DNA of 46,683 bases, taken from Nemertoderma westbladi. Lineage: Eukaryota; Animalia; Xenacoelomorpha. This document shows, in pieces, positions 1 to 11,700 of this stretch. The notes beneath the pieces are model-generated. The model was given only the letters and a program-made list of their open reading frames with translations. It was not told where the DNA came from and made no database searches. The translations under genes and the position numbers were made by a program. Position 1 is the first letter of the stretch. Each line of letters starts with the position of its first letter. The DNA lies in NCBI GenBank assembly GCA_032718475.1, contig JAUCBJ010002163.1:1-46683 (forward strand). The letters are read 5' to 3'.

Positions 1-48
1 TATAACAAATTTAATGTAATAAGAATTAAATATAATATTTTATTCCAG

Positions 49-252
49 CCTCCTCCTAACTGGCTCCGTAACCCTTCACGAAATCCCCAGGATTTTAATC
101 GTTTGTTACAACTAATTAGTCAACCAAAGAAGGAGGTTTCTTCCTTCGATGTCGCTAACGAATTCTCCGATTATATCGACAATGATGTCGATGTTGTTTC
201 CGATGCGGATAATATAAAAACTCTGTTGAAAATGCCGTACAGTGGAAGTCAG
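49..252 (+). CDS. EDRF1: EDRF1 homologue, internal coding exon (gene starts upstream of the window)
   Basis: ttccag acceptor at 48, CAG|gtgtgt donor at 253; 68 codons PPPNWLR...SSFDVANEFSDYIDNDVDVVSDADNIKTLLKMPYSGSQ resemble the EDRF1 N-terminal region (NDVDVVSDSENIKKLLKIPYS); phase 0 with the next exon. Confidence 0.88.
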
Positions 253-469
253 GTGTGTTAGATCGCAGATATGGGAGAAATTGGGTTATCTTATTGTTCT
301 CTTATCATTTAAATTAAGCATCTTATATTACCGGTATATAAGGTGGATAGATATGCCTTTATCCAGAAATTATTTTATTTTGAATTTCTTATATTTTTCA
401 GTTTAATAGATCGCTTCTTTTGTTATCGATGTTATTTACCTACGGAATAGCTTGATTAGAAACATGTAC

Positions 470-1550
470 TCCTTGGTACAGAACCCCCCCCCCCCCCCTT
501 GGTACAGAAACCTGTCCCCCTCGGTACTGAACCCCCCCCCCCCCCCCCCTTGGTACAGAAACCTGTCCCCCTCGGTACTGAAACCTGCCCCCCTTGGTAC
601 ATAAACCCGCCCCCCTTGGTACAGAACCCTGCCCCCTTGGTACATAAACCCGCCCCCCTTGGTGCAGAATCCTGCCCCCTTGGTACAGAAACCCGTCGTC
701 CCCCCTTAGTACGAAATCCTGCCCCCCTTGGTAAAGAATCCCACCCCCCTTGGTACCTTAGTACAGAACTCTGCCTCCTTGGTACATAACCCCCCCCCCC
801 CCCCCCTTAGTACAGTAACCCGCCCCCCTTGGTAAAGAATCCCGCCCCCCTTGGTACGAAATCCTGCCCCCCTTGGTACAGTAACCCGCCCCCCTTGGTA
901 AAGAATCCCGCCCCCTTGGTACAGAACCCTGCCCCCTTGGTACATAAACTCTCCCCCTTAGTACGGAAACCCGCCCCCCTTGGTACAGAATCCTGCCCCC
1001 TTTGGTACAGAATCATGCCCCCCTTGGTACCGAAACCCGCCCCCTTTGTACAGAATCCTTCCCCCTTGGTACAGAAACCTGTCCCCCACGGTACAGAAAC
1101 CCGCCCCTCTCGGTACAGAAACCTGCCCCCTTGGTACTTTAATCCCCCCCTTTGGTACAGAAACCCGCCCCCTTATGTACAGAAACCTGCCCCCCTTGGT
1201 ACAGAAACCCGCCCCCCTTGGTACAGAATCCTGCCCCCCTTGGTACAGAAACCCGCACCCTTTGTACAGAATCCTGCCCCCTTGGTACAGAAACCTGTCC
1301 CCTACGGTACAGAAACCCGCCCCCTTCGGTACAGAAACCTGCCCCCTTGGTACTTTAATCCTCCCCCTTTGGTACAGAAACCCGCCCCCTTTGGTATAGA
1401 AACATGCCCCCCTTGGTACAGAAACCTGCCACCCTTGGTACAGAAACCCGCCCCCCTCTGTACAGAAACCCGCCCCCTTGGTGCCTTGGTACAGAAACCC
1501 GCCCCCCTTGGTACAGAAACCTGCCCCCTTGGTACAGCAACCCGCCCATG
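470..1550. repeat. Intronic C-rich minisatellite, ~21-22-bp unit CCCCCTTGGTACAGAAACC(C/T)G, roughly 50 degenerate copies
   Basis: Directly visible tandem units; explains the overlapping Pro/Gly-rich ORFs. Confidence 0.95.
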
Positions 1551-1747
1551 TGAACAATAACAGGATTTCACTTCTCGGTCGACTTTTTATTGGAATTTTA
1601 TATATGAAGATTTTTTATTTTTTTTAATTTATCTTTATTAAGTGTTTTATAGCGTTTATTTCTGTCTTATAACCTGTACATGTACTAATTCGTTTATTGT
1701 TTTGGTTAGATTCAGCCCTTCTGTAACCTGTGTTTTTGGTGAAAACC

Positions 1748-2098
1748 AGGTATTCTTCACATGAGGGTAACTGCAAAGTGAAATATAACGGCAGAAAGTC
1801 TGGTATTCTTCATATGGGGGTAACTGCAAAGTGAAATATAATGGCAGAAAGTCTGTTATTCTTCACATGGGCCCAGAAACCCGTCCCCCTTTGTACAGAA
1901 ACCCGCCCCCTTGGTGCCTTGGTACAGAAACCTGCCACCCTTGGTACAGAAACCTGCCCCCTTGGTACAGAAACCCGCCCCCTTGGTGCCTTAGTACAGA
2001 AACCCGCCCCCCTTGGTACAGAAACCTGCCCCTTGGTACTGAAACCTGCTCCCCTTTGTACAGAAACCCGCCCCTCCCTTTGGTACTGAAACCAGTAC
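1748..2098. repeat. ~53-bp tandem duplication (1748-1870) followed by a second block of the same minisatellite (1872-2098)
   Basis: ggtattcttcacatgagggtaactgcaaagtgaaatataacggcagaaagtct repeated, then ccttggtacagaaacc units. Confidence 0.85.
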
Positions 2099-2143
2099 TC
2101 CATATTGGTTCCAACCTACCCTACATTGTATTTCCCCTTGCAG

Positions 2144-2344
2144 GTGTCCATGGTTGTGCATCGGGTTGGTTGCACTCTACTGTTCGATAGCCTCGATATA
2201 ACGCGACTTCTACTCAGCAACGAGATGGATAATTGGCAGTGGTTACGGAAACTCTACGTCTGTAGTATTCTTAAGGAGTTGGGAAAGGGTGAAAACATAT
2301 TGAAACAAACATCGTCGCTGTCCAAATCCAGGAAATCACTCCAG
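2144..2344 (+). CDS. EDRF1: EDRF1 homologue, internal coding exon
   Basis: ttgcag acceptor, CAG|gtgatt donor; 67 codons VSMVVHRVGCTLLFDSLDI...WQWLRKLY resemble EDRF1 VSMAVHRIGRTLLLDELDI...WTWLKEFY. Confidence 0.9.
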
Positions 2345-3749
2345 GTGATTGTCAATAGTTGTAATAATTAATAAACCCGGTACCAAGGTCTGAATGAAAC
2401 TCCTATCTAAAAACATAATGCGATGTTAATTGTAAAGTATAAGTCAACGCTACGCTGCTTGGCTGTCATGGATGCGGGGCGGTTAATTGAAACTTTCGTT
2501 AATTTCCAATCTGTCACAGAATGCAGTAAATATATTTTAGTACAGGGAGGAAACATTACTTATGATTGTAAACAACTAATTATTTACATCTCATCTAGTA
2601 AACCCCACCTAATGTTATCAAGAGGAATCCTACGAGAGTCTGACTAGTCAGGGAGGGGAGCCGGACGCTATATTTTAGCTGGAGACGGATTTGCCTGATT
2701 ATTTTTATTGCTGATTCGATTCGATAGGCGAAGTCTCTTAAAATCCAGGTGGACGCGCTCATGTCACCGTTGGGGAATTCTACCTATGACGTACGCCATA
2801 ATCTAAAATAACCACCAGTATGGTAACTAGATCAGCTGTTCAATTTCAATCCGGGATATGATTGAATCAATCTAGGCCTTTATATACAGAGGTTCAACTT
2901 TCAATAATTATATTGTAAATAACAAAACCCCCAACACCAAAACCTCGGAAATACACCAGAATTAGGTTTGTAGCTTCTCTGATTACCAGTTTGGATTACG
3001 ACGTCATTAGCACGTCATATCCAGAATTACCCAACCAGTGATGTGAGACATGGCGACACCCACTTGGTTTTAAGATACTTGACTTGACTATACTACAGAA
3101 CCAGAATCACCAATAGAAAAATTATCAGACAAATCCGGTAAGCTCCCTCCCGGAATTAACTTACCTAATATTAGACTTACGGCTACAGTGGGTTCTGTTG
3201 TATCGTTACAGTTTGTTATTGATATCCAAGAATTATCGATATCAGTACGAGAATACACCAACATCGATCGCAATCAACTAGATATAAATCTTTCTTTGCA
3301 GTTTCGAATATAATTACGTACACTGAGTTATAATCTCGCATTGTTATAAGAATACAATACAGTTTAGGCCTTTTAAAATCCGAGCGAAAGCTGATTGTTA
3401 TGCGACGAGAACTGTGTAATGGTGCTACTGAACTACACAACGACTTGCTACTTGGAGTTATTTTATTATAAAATTTAATTATTTAATTACAAGAAAGTCG
3501 TTATATTTCTACCAAGTCACTCTGTACCACTGCACCGGGCCCAACTCTTATTAGTTTGTTATGGACGCAAAGGTATTCTAAAACGCCGTATGAAGCATTC
3601 CCACACACCACCGTAATTTTCATATTCCTAATATGAATGAATATAAATGACTGAATATAAAATACATAATATTCCAGGTAGAGGGAGTTTCATAACATAT
3701 AATTTTTCGAATTATTAATATATTGTAAACATTTATTTATACATTGCAG

Positions 3750-6700
3750 GAGAAGAGCATGTACTCTAAGTTACTCTACTACTACATGTCCAGTGGCGAA
3801 GGTGGGCTGCAACAATCTACGTCGGCCCTAGAAAGTTCGAGCAATGTGGTACCGGAAGCTATCCGGAGCAGTGTGGGGCCCGTGGTACCGGATACCCCGG
3901 AAGTGTTCGAGTCCGCCTTCCGGCGATCTGTTCTGTGGGAGTTCGAGGATCTCCGGATGCTCCTCGGCACCGACATGCCGATATTCGGGGGGCCCTCCCA
4001 TCCCGCCGTCAGCCTCAAACTCAGAGACGCCCGTCAGCCGATCAACATCCTCACGGGACTCGACTACTGGCTGGACAACCTCGTTAGCAACGTCCCCGAG
4101 ATGGCCATGTGTTACCACCTCGACGGTATCGTGCAGCAGTACGAGCTGATCGCCACCGAGGACATCCCCCGGCTCACCGAGGACTCCAGCTTCGCGTCCG
4201 GCGTCATCAACAACGTCGCCCACAACATCCTCAGCTTCCTCAAGGCGAACTGCGCCCGCGAGGGCCACACCTACTGGCTGTTCAAAGCGAAGAACCAGGA
4301 CGTCGTCAAGCTGTACGACCTGACTTCCCTCTGCGACGAACACGCTATTGATAACGCAGCCAACCCGTTCACAACTCCCGTCGCTATGCTACTCTACCGC
4401 GTCGCCGATAACATCTTCACTCGCGGTTGCTGGTCCCGCAAGGATCGATCCTCTATGTACTCGTTGCTAAGCAACTGCCTGTCGTTGCTAGACCGCGAGA
4501 AGCACCCCGAGATGACGGCGAATGTGTGTCTCCGACTCTCGGACCTCCTCGTCCCCGACAACCAATTGGAGGACAGCGAGTCCTCCAGTGACAGTGTCAC
4601 CTCGTCCGAGGAGAGCGACGACGACTCCTTGGTTGGCATAGAGACTCTCAGGGATGACGTCATCCCGTTAACCAACAGCGTCGACGTTAAAACTCTCTGT
4701 TTGCCGCGGGACGTTAAAGGCGTCCCGTATAAGTTAGCGCCTCTAGTGGGCGACTTAGAGGAGCGCTGCTCGTTGGCTGTAGACCGGATTCTAGAGGGAT
4801 TAAACGCTCTTGTTGACTTGGAACCGGTTTCCCCCAACCGGAACCGACAGCTGGTCGGCAGTCCGCTGGCCGCCGCCCGGGAGTTGAACCCCGTTCATTG
4901 TAACCAAGGGGACACGGTTCGCTCGTTGCTTCGTAAAGCCATCGCCGTGCTCGTCCAACACGCGCGCTTATACATGCAGCACAATGAGTATGTCGTCGCT
5001 ATGGGTTACCTTGGTGACGCGCTCGATATCGGCGAGTTGTTGGGCGTTGCGAGTCACGTTGCCATGGTGGCTGAAGCGCTGAAGCTGGCGGGGGATTGTC
5101 ACGTGATGGGCGCGATGGACGGGGAGGGGCGCTGCGACGGTGGCAGGCGCGCGCACCAGAAACTCCTCAATATCGCGAGGAAAATCGGCGGAAATCGTCT
5201 GAGGCTGTTGTCGGAAGATCAGTCTGGTGATGTTCCGGCTCTTCGTACTTCCAATACTGATTGTGATACTCTAATTCGAGATATTCCTCGTTCCGAAATT
5301 CCATCGCGCGATATCCCCCGAACCAACCTCCCCCAGGACTCCGACGCCTGGTCTACGACCTACTGCACTCCCCGCTCGGACCCCGAATCCCGTCTCTCCA
5401 ACGCCCTCTGTTGCTACGAATCGGCACTCTCTCTGGACCCAGCGGACGCCTCCACCCTCACCCGACGACTGGGCTCCGTTAACAACGAACTCGGCAAGTT
5501 GTACTTGGAGCGGTTGTTATCCGCGTTGGACTCCGACACCGATGGACTCGATCCCGGGGCGACGCGGATTAAAGACGCGAGTTTCCGCCACTTCAGCCGC
5601 TCGTGGGAACACTTCGAGAAGGTCGCGGACCGCCTCAACTCCGCCCTGGTCTACAACAACGGAGCCCGTCTGCAGCGCATCTGGGCGGCCAATCAGTGTC
5701 CAGCGCAGCCCATGTCCGCGGCTACAAAGAAGGTCTACGTTAAATCGATCCGCCTTTACCAACAGGCGTTGCTCTGCCTCGAGTACGAGGAGCTTCGCTC
5801 TGACGTCATATCGGATATCCGGTCGGCTATTACGTGGGACTTGTGTTCCACCTACTTCGATATGGCCACCTCCTTCCAGGATTACTCCCCGTTGCAAACA
5901 ACATCGCAGGAAAGTCTAGAGGAGGAGATCGTTAATTATTTCTCCAAGTGTTTGTCTTTGTGTCAGAGTTTGATGGCCAAATTGCCTTCTGACGGTGCGG
6001 CAACATCCATTGTAGGAAGTGGGGATCAGGCCCCTAGCGGTTCGTCCGAGAATGTACCCCCTAGCGGTAAGACTGCGAACCCGCCCCCTAGCGGTTCCTC
6101 CGTGACTCCGCCCCCTAGTGGTGCGTCAGTGACCCCGCCCCCTGGCGGCGCGTCAGTGACTCCGCCCCCTAGCGCCGGTTCCCGGTACCCGCGCTCCCAC
6201 AACGAGGCCTCCTTCCGGGCCGCCATCGTCCACCACAGACTCGCGTCGCTGTACCACAACCGTCTGCGGAGTCGCGGCACCGCAGACGGACAGAGTCGCC
6301 AGTTGCGGAGCCGATGCGAGTCGCACTACCGCCAATCAGCTGAGTTACTAGACCCACAGAGAGACCCCCTGGTGCTACTCCGAGTGAAACTAGAATCGGT
6401 CGCCTTGTACGAACACAGACTCCACACTCTAACTAGTCCCACAGTTAAGTACCAAACATTGAACTTGGTTATGAAGGCTTTGTGCGAATCCCAACCAGCT
6501 GTGGTCGGCCTGGGAAATAGCGAACAGAATCTAAAGCAGTTGTTGTTAAGCGATTCAGAACCATTAAAGTTAACAGAAACTAAAAACCAAATAACCCCTT
6601 TGATTGCAACTCAATCGGACAGTGACGTCACAGATGTAAGCGAGCCCAAAACGTCATCGGAATGCCGTTACCTACTACAGGTTCTTACAGCGCGATTACG

Positions 6701-6905
6701 TCATACACTCCTTACTATAATTAAACTTATCTACCAATCAAAATCGTCCTCTAAATCTTATCTTCTAAATGAATTTAAGCCCATATATGGGGCGTCTATA
6801 AAACTATTGGATTGTCCCCGCAATAAAGCTGATTTGGCTGCTCTCTGCGACGCGTTTGCGCGATACAATAAACTTTCCGATTCAGTAAAATTGGCCTGTT
6901 TATAA
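3750..6905 (+). CDS. EDRF1: EDRF1 homologue, 3.16-kb terminal coding exon
   Basis: attgcag acceptor at 3749; LWEFEDLRMLLGTDMPIFG, PINILTGLDYWLDNL, NVPEMAMCYHLDGIVQQYELI, EGHTYWLFK, VKLYDLT are characteristic EDRF1 motifs; helical TPR-like C-terminal part; TAA stop. Confidence 0.92.
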   Translation, partial: EKSMYSKLLYYYMSSGEGGLQQSTSALESSSNVVPEAIRSSVGPVVPDTPEVFESAFRRSVLWEFEDLRMLLGTDMPIFGGPSHPAVSLKLRDARQPINILTGLDYWLDNLVSNVPEMAMCYHLDGIVQQYELIATEDIPRLTEDSSFASGVINNVAHNILSFLKANCAREGHTYWLFKAKNQDVVKLYDLTSLCDEHAIDNAANPFTTPVAMLLYRVADNIFTRGCWSRKDRSSMYSLLSNCLSLLDREKHPEMTANVCLRLSDLLVPDNQLEDSESSSDSVTSSEESDDDSLVGIETLRDDVIPLTNSVDVKTLCLPRDVKGVPYKLAPLVGDLEERCSLAVDRILEGLNALVDLEPVSPNRNRQLVGSPLAAARELNPVHCNQGDTVRSLLRKAIAVLVQHARLYMQHNEYVVAMGYLGDALDIGELLGVASHVAMVAEALKLAGDCHVMGAMDGEGRCDGGRRAHQKLLNIARKIGGNRLRLLSEDQSGDVPALRTSNTDCDTLIRDIPRSEIPSRDIPRTNLPQDSDAWSTTYCTPRSDPESRLSNALCCYESALSLDPADASTLTRRLGSVNNELGKLYLERLLSALDSDTDGLDPGATRIKDASFRHFSRSWEHFEKVADRLNSALVYNNGARLQRIWAANQCPAQPMSAATKKVYVKSIRLYQQALLCLEYEELRSDVISDIRSAITWDLCSTYFDMATSFQDYSPLQTTSQESLEEEIVNYFSKCLSLCQSLMAKLPSDGAATSIVGSGDQAPSGSSENVPPSGKTANPPPSGSSVTPPPSGASVTPPPGGASVTPPPSAGSRYPRSHNEASFRAAIVHHRLASLYHNRLRSRGTADGQSRQLRSRCESHYRQSAELLDPQRDPLVLLRVKLESVALYEHRLHTLTSPTVKYQTLNLVMKALCESQPAVVGLGNSEQNLKQLLLSDSEPLKLTETKNQITPLIATQSDSDVTDVSEPKTSSECRYLLQVLTARLRHTLLTIIKLIYQSKSSSKSYLLNEFKPIYGASIKLLDCPRNKADLAALCDAFARYNKLSDSVKLACL
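6030..6175 (+). repeat. In-frame 27-bp coding repeat (PPSGxSVTP)x~5.5 in EDRF1
   Basis: ccctagcggt...ccgccc units at 27-bp period. Confidence 0.85.
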
Positions 6906-7121
6906 TGAATATTTGTTTCCCCTACTTTGGAGTAAAATTTTGGCAACTACGATGATAAGAGTTAAACAGTTCATAATATTTCATGATTATTATTTATTTT
7001 TACACGGATCTGTTTTTCCTTGTACAAATTTACTGTATATATTTCGATGTTTGTGAATTATTACAATTATTAATTACTCATCTGTGTATCATAGGTGCTG
7101 TTTGGGGAGTAAAATCTATTT

Positions 7122-7127
7122 AATAAA
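7122..7127 (+). promoter_or_regulatory. Candidate polyadenylation signal of EDRF1
   Basis: AATAAA ~215 nt after the stop in an AT-rich 3' UTR. Confidence 0.45.
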
Positions 7128-7674
7128 GTATTAGTTCAGTATAATTAATAAGGAAGAAGTTGTAACCTGTAAATTTAATTTAATGCCACAAGACCTCTGC
7201 GTTCTGCTGTTTTGATTGGATAAATGTTTAATTTTATTACTTTTCAGTTCATAGCAACAGGGCCGCGTTTATCGTCTCAACACTTCTAGACTATTTTATA
7301 TTGGGTTTGACATGTTTTTGAAATAGGTGTCTCATGTCGTACTGCAGTTATTTAAGAAGGTCTGATGTTTTAAACACTATAAATATTTAATTGAGTTGTG
7401 TTCTAGAATTTTTATAGAAGTTGAATTAGCCTCGCGCAGATGATTAAACTTGCAACATTAAATCCCAGGGTAATCCCAGGGTCTCAATTCCTCATCAATC
7501 AATTTTAACTGTTAGTATGCGTAAGCGGCGTATAAGGCCCGCTATTTATCGGTACCATCAACCAGTCGACCTGGGCGATAGACACCTTTTCAAATGCAAC
7601 TAAAGACTGCCTGTTCAGTAGAAGTGGAATGAATAGAAGTATGAGTGTCAGGGGAGAGTATGGCTAAACCTATT

Positions 7675-7720
7675 AGCGCTACTGAAGAGGCCTGATAGGC
7701 CGAAACGTACGTATAGCGCT
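7675..7720 (+). ncRNA. Type I hammerhead ribozyme
   Basis: Stem I AGCGCTA/TAGCGCT; core CTGAAGA; stem II GGCCT-GAT-AGGCC; GAAA; short stem III within palindromic ACGTACGT; GUA cleavage triplet (cut after 7713). Confidence 0.88.
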
Positions 7721-7864
7721 GGTTCAACCCCCGGTGACGCGCTTTCTCATTTATTCTAAAAATGATTATTAGAGGTCTAAATGTAGTGTGTAGCTGAGTA
7801 CCGCAACAATGATAAACTTTATCTCCTGGTCCTACTGAAATACAATCAACCAACAATAAACACG

Positions 7865-8207
7865 CATAGTTGTGGGGCGAGCCTCGAAGTGGGCGAAGCC
7901 TTAGCATGTTGGTGCCATTGGCGAGTTGTCTGTCGTCGTCGTCTGTCGTCGTAAATTTTTGATCGCTAATAACTCGGTTATTCCTTGATGAAATTAAACG
8001 AAACTTGGTATTTATGTAGTCAGTCAAAAGTTTAGAAAGAATCTGAAGTTTGGTAAAAAAACGAACGATCGCAACGAGGCACAAGAGGAGGAAGAGTATT
8101 GTGTTGAAGACTTCTGACTAACGGCAGACAACTCGTTAATGGTGCCCATATGCTAAAGGCTTTGCTCACTTCGTGCTGCGCGAAGGCCCCATGAACGTGT
8201 AACTATG
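7865..8207. mobile_element. Degenerate MITE-like element with ~70-bp terminal inverted repeats
   Basis: 7865-7935 is an imperfect reverse complement of 8121-8207 (cgagttgtctg/cagacaactcg; ttagcat/atgctaa; catagtt/aactatg); no clear TSD. Confidence 0.55.
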
Positions 8208-8439
8208 TATGACAAGTTTCAGGTATGTTTTTTAAGTGATTGAAATACAATAATGTCCCGTTCGTTATCTACTAATATGCTAAGCTGAATGAATGCTGGT
8301 TAACTTTAGTTTTTATTTTTACCTCGGTGCATGGAGGGATATTTTTAAACCTTCTATCTGTTTTCGTCTGTTTTCCATACATTCCAAGAGTTTTCGCCAT
8401 TTTTCGTCTCTTGTCACGTCACGATCTGATACTATCCTA

Positions 8440-9190
8440 TTCAAACTTAATTTAAAATATATCGAATATTCTGCTAAGTCTGTCTGGGTTGTTTCTTCCG
8501 TGTTTAATTAGGCTCAGACATTTTGGGATTAAAATTTTCCATACAATTTATTATGTTATCTTATTTATTAAGGTTTTAGTATCACATGGGGTGACATAAT
8601 TATATAAAGATGACCAAATATGGTCATCTCAAAATCCATACGCCAACAAATTTAATTTATAATGCTACGAAATTCTGCTTGAAAGTCTGGATAGTGACTT
8701 CCGTGTTTAAATGGGCTCAGACTTTTAGGGATTAACATTTTTTCATACAATTTATGATCATATCTTATTTATTTAGTTTTTAGTATCACATGGGGTGACA
8801 TAATTATATAAAGATGACCAAATATGGTCATCTCAAAATCCATACGCCAACAAATTTAATTTATAATGCTACGAAATTCTGCTTGAAAGTCTGGATAGTG
8901 ACTTCCGTGTTTAAATGGGCTCAGACTTTTAGGGATTAACATTTTTTCATACAATTTATGATCATATCTTATTTATTTAGTTTTTAGTATCACATGAGGC
9001 GACATAAGTGGAAAGATTACCAAATATAAACAACTCAACATCCATACAAATTGAACTTATAACGCATCGAAACTTCTGCTAAGTCTGTAGTGACTGTGTG
9101 TGTCTTCCGTGTTTAATTAGGATCAGACTTGCGGGATTAATATTTTGAGTAGAATTTATGATCATATCTTAATTATCAAAGATTCAGTAT
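8440..9190. repeat. AT-rich tandem repeat, ~203-bp unit, ~3.5 copies
   Basis: ttccgtgtttaa...ctcagac recurs at 8496, 8699, 8903 and 9105; central copies nearly identical. Confidence 0.9.
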
Positions 9191-9470
9191 GTTGAGATAT
9201 TAATAAATATGAACAAATATCTCAATGCCATAAATATAAGTATAAAATGGGGTTGGGAAACATTCTGCAGCATTAGACATTTTTATACTTTTTGAAACAT
9301 CAAAAGTTTCATGATTTTGGCTCAGTAGAAATTCTGATTTCTCTACACACTCACATCGAGTAACCAACAAATCGGGACTCTGAAACTGTTACTCTACACA
9401 AAAGGTAAATAATTGTTACACTACAGTATTAACTTATTTAATTTAATTCCTTTCATGCCACGGCTTGGTA

Positions 9471-10188
9471 CGGTGGCTGAATTCGGCCTTCAAAATTAAT
9501 TATTATATGAAAACACGTTTTAGGATGATGTTGTTAAATTAATTATATTATGAATACAATTCTGACGTTTGAGAATGAGAACGTATTTGAATTCCCCCCC
9601 CCCCCCCCCCCCCCGTAATATGCAACACCAAATACGTGTTTTCATAATAATAATTAATTTTTCAACTTTATCCAAAAAAATGTTTTCATAATATTATTAA
9701 TTTTATTTATTTGTGTGGAATTAATTTCGCACTACCAAATCGCCAGGGCGACATATTTCCCATCTTTATATCGCAGTGCGACATTATTTCTCTGTAAGTC
9801 CCTACATACGCCATACACTTTTACAGTTATTTCCAATAAATCCAATATGTCAAACGCGTCATAAATAGGTTTTTTTTAGAAAGTTTAAATGCATAACAAC
9901 AAATAATTCCCCACAAATAAATAAAATTAGATTCGCCATTCGTTCATAATTAGATCTTTAAAGCTTTACGGCCGACGTTATGTTATTTACCTCGCTGTGG
10001 CTCGGGAAACAAAATCACTCGTGCTGTAAAGCTATAAATTGCTATTTTATGAACAATGACGTATAGGCCCTACTATACGACATTAAACTACAACTTCAAC
10101 TTCACCACTTCAACTATTACAACTACATTACAATTACAACTTCAACCAAAAACGTGTTTTCATTTAATTTGGCGGAATTCAGCCACCG
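9471..10188. mobile_element. Non-autonomous TIR element (MITE) with nested internal inverted repeats
   Basis: TA-CGGTGGCTGAATTCGGCC ... GGCGGAATTCAGCCACCG-TA termini with atgaaaacacgtttt/aaaacgtgttttcat subterminal match; TA flanks fit a Tc1/mariner TSD (TAY..RTA termini also possible). Confidence 0.65.
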
Positions 10189-10476
10189 TACATTTGGCGC
10201 ACTTTAATTATTTTCACATGCAAAAAAAACGAAAAAAATCGATAGCTATTTCACCGCAATTACAAAATTACTTAAACTACTACAGTTTTCGTAGTAATTT
10301 AGAATATTATTTTACTCAATAAATATATTAGCAGTGGGGCAAAGTAATTTTTTATACATTACTTTTTGATATGCAGGGAAATTTTGAATTGAAACAAGTT
10401 ACACGAATTTAATGTGTAAAGCACCAAAAAGTGTAATGAATAATTAATTATCTTATAAAATACTCATCATCGTGTA

Positions 10477-11006
10477 CACCATGTGCCCCGGAATAAGTTG
10501 TCGTTATTCAGGTACCCGCCACCCCCCCCCCCCCCCCAAATTTTTCTACAAATCTTAATGAGATTGCATGAAATTTGAAATATAGATAGTTTCACCTACC
10601 TAACCCCCCTCCGTGGGTGGGCCATAATTGTTATTCTTTTTATTCTGCATAATGAGTCTTGGCTTTATTTATCCTCATGTATTTTCGGATTTGGACGCAA
10701 CTTTCGAATGCCCATATGTCATATCTTAGCTATTTCCCAACCAAATTCAAACGTTCTTACATATTTGGAATCCTTAATTGCAATGTAACTGGTGAAATAT
10801 CTCCGGAGACACCTTTTTCATACACTTGTAGCTGAAGATTGAAAGCAAATATAAAAAATTCTGGCTCTAAGTGGTCGGGAGGTGAAACTATCTCTGTTTC
10901 AAATTTCATGCAATCTCATTAAGATTTGTACAATTTTTTTTTGGGCGGGGGGGGGGGGGGGGGGGAGGTGTCATTGAATAACGACATTATATTCCAGGAC
11001 ATGGTG
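10477..11006. mobile_element. Tc1/mariner-type MITE, ~135-bp TIRs, TA TSD
   Basis: TA-CACCATGT...ACATGGTG-TA; arms share tacaaatcttaatgagattgcatgaaatttgaaa and its exact reverse complement, with polyC/polyG tracts mirrored. Confidence 0.85.
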
Positions 11007-11232
11007 TAATGAATGATTATTCTACGGAATTTATAATATGCGGTGATAATCATAATCAAACATAAAACTATGACCCAATATGAATGGGTTGGTTATACGT
11101 CAAGTTTTCCCTTCTCTTCTCACCACTTCACCTTGGCTAATTGAGGCAATTTCCATAATATAAATACTGTGGATAATTTCTGAGCAATTAATTTTTATCT
11201 GTTTCAGCTAAACGTGAACCGCAAGCTCAACC

Positions 11233-11290
11233 ATGTATCAAGTACAAATAGGCCTACTGATGTTGGGAATTGTTGCAACTGCTAATGCTG
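11233..11290 (+). CDS. First coding exon of an unidentified secreted protein (signal peptide)
   Basis: gtttcag acceptor at 11207, caaccATG context, MYQVQIGLLMLGIVATANA (hydrophobic core plus A-x-A), phase-1 G|gtaggt donor. Confidence 0.6.
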
Positions 11291-11700
11291 GTAGGTAAAC
11301 CTACAGTAGTGTAAAAACACAAAAAAGTGGCCAGATCGTTGAAACCTATGTTAATCTAGGTAGGTAAACCTAGGGTTTAGAAATTGAATCTTAGCTTTTT
11401 TTTTACTGAAAACTCAAATAAAGAAATGAGACCCTATTGTCATAAAAACTCTTATACTCTGTTATAAATTACCACATTTCATACATAGTTACAGGCTCCA
11501 AATCAACGGGCTTTATAGCCCGTTGCTAAAAGAACATTGTCAATACTGTTAACTTTGAAGGTCGTTTTCACTTGGTTGCTATGGTATTTTCAAAATACTA
11601 AATATGCCATTAAATTCTTCAAATCAAAAATAGTAATCTTTCATGAATTTTAACTCGTCATACTGTATTTGCTATAATAGCTGTTGATATGGCAATTTCC

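Noticed and set aside
436-2190. Many Pro/Gly-rich ORFs on both strands
   Set aside because: Products of the intronic minisatellite between two EDRF1 exons
6077-6092. Exonic 27-bp repeat sharing AACCCGCCCCCT with the intronic minisatellite
   Set aside because: Low-complexity match, different period; likely chance
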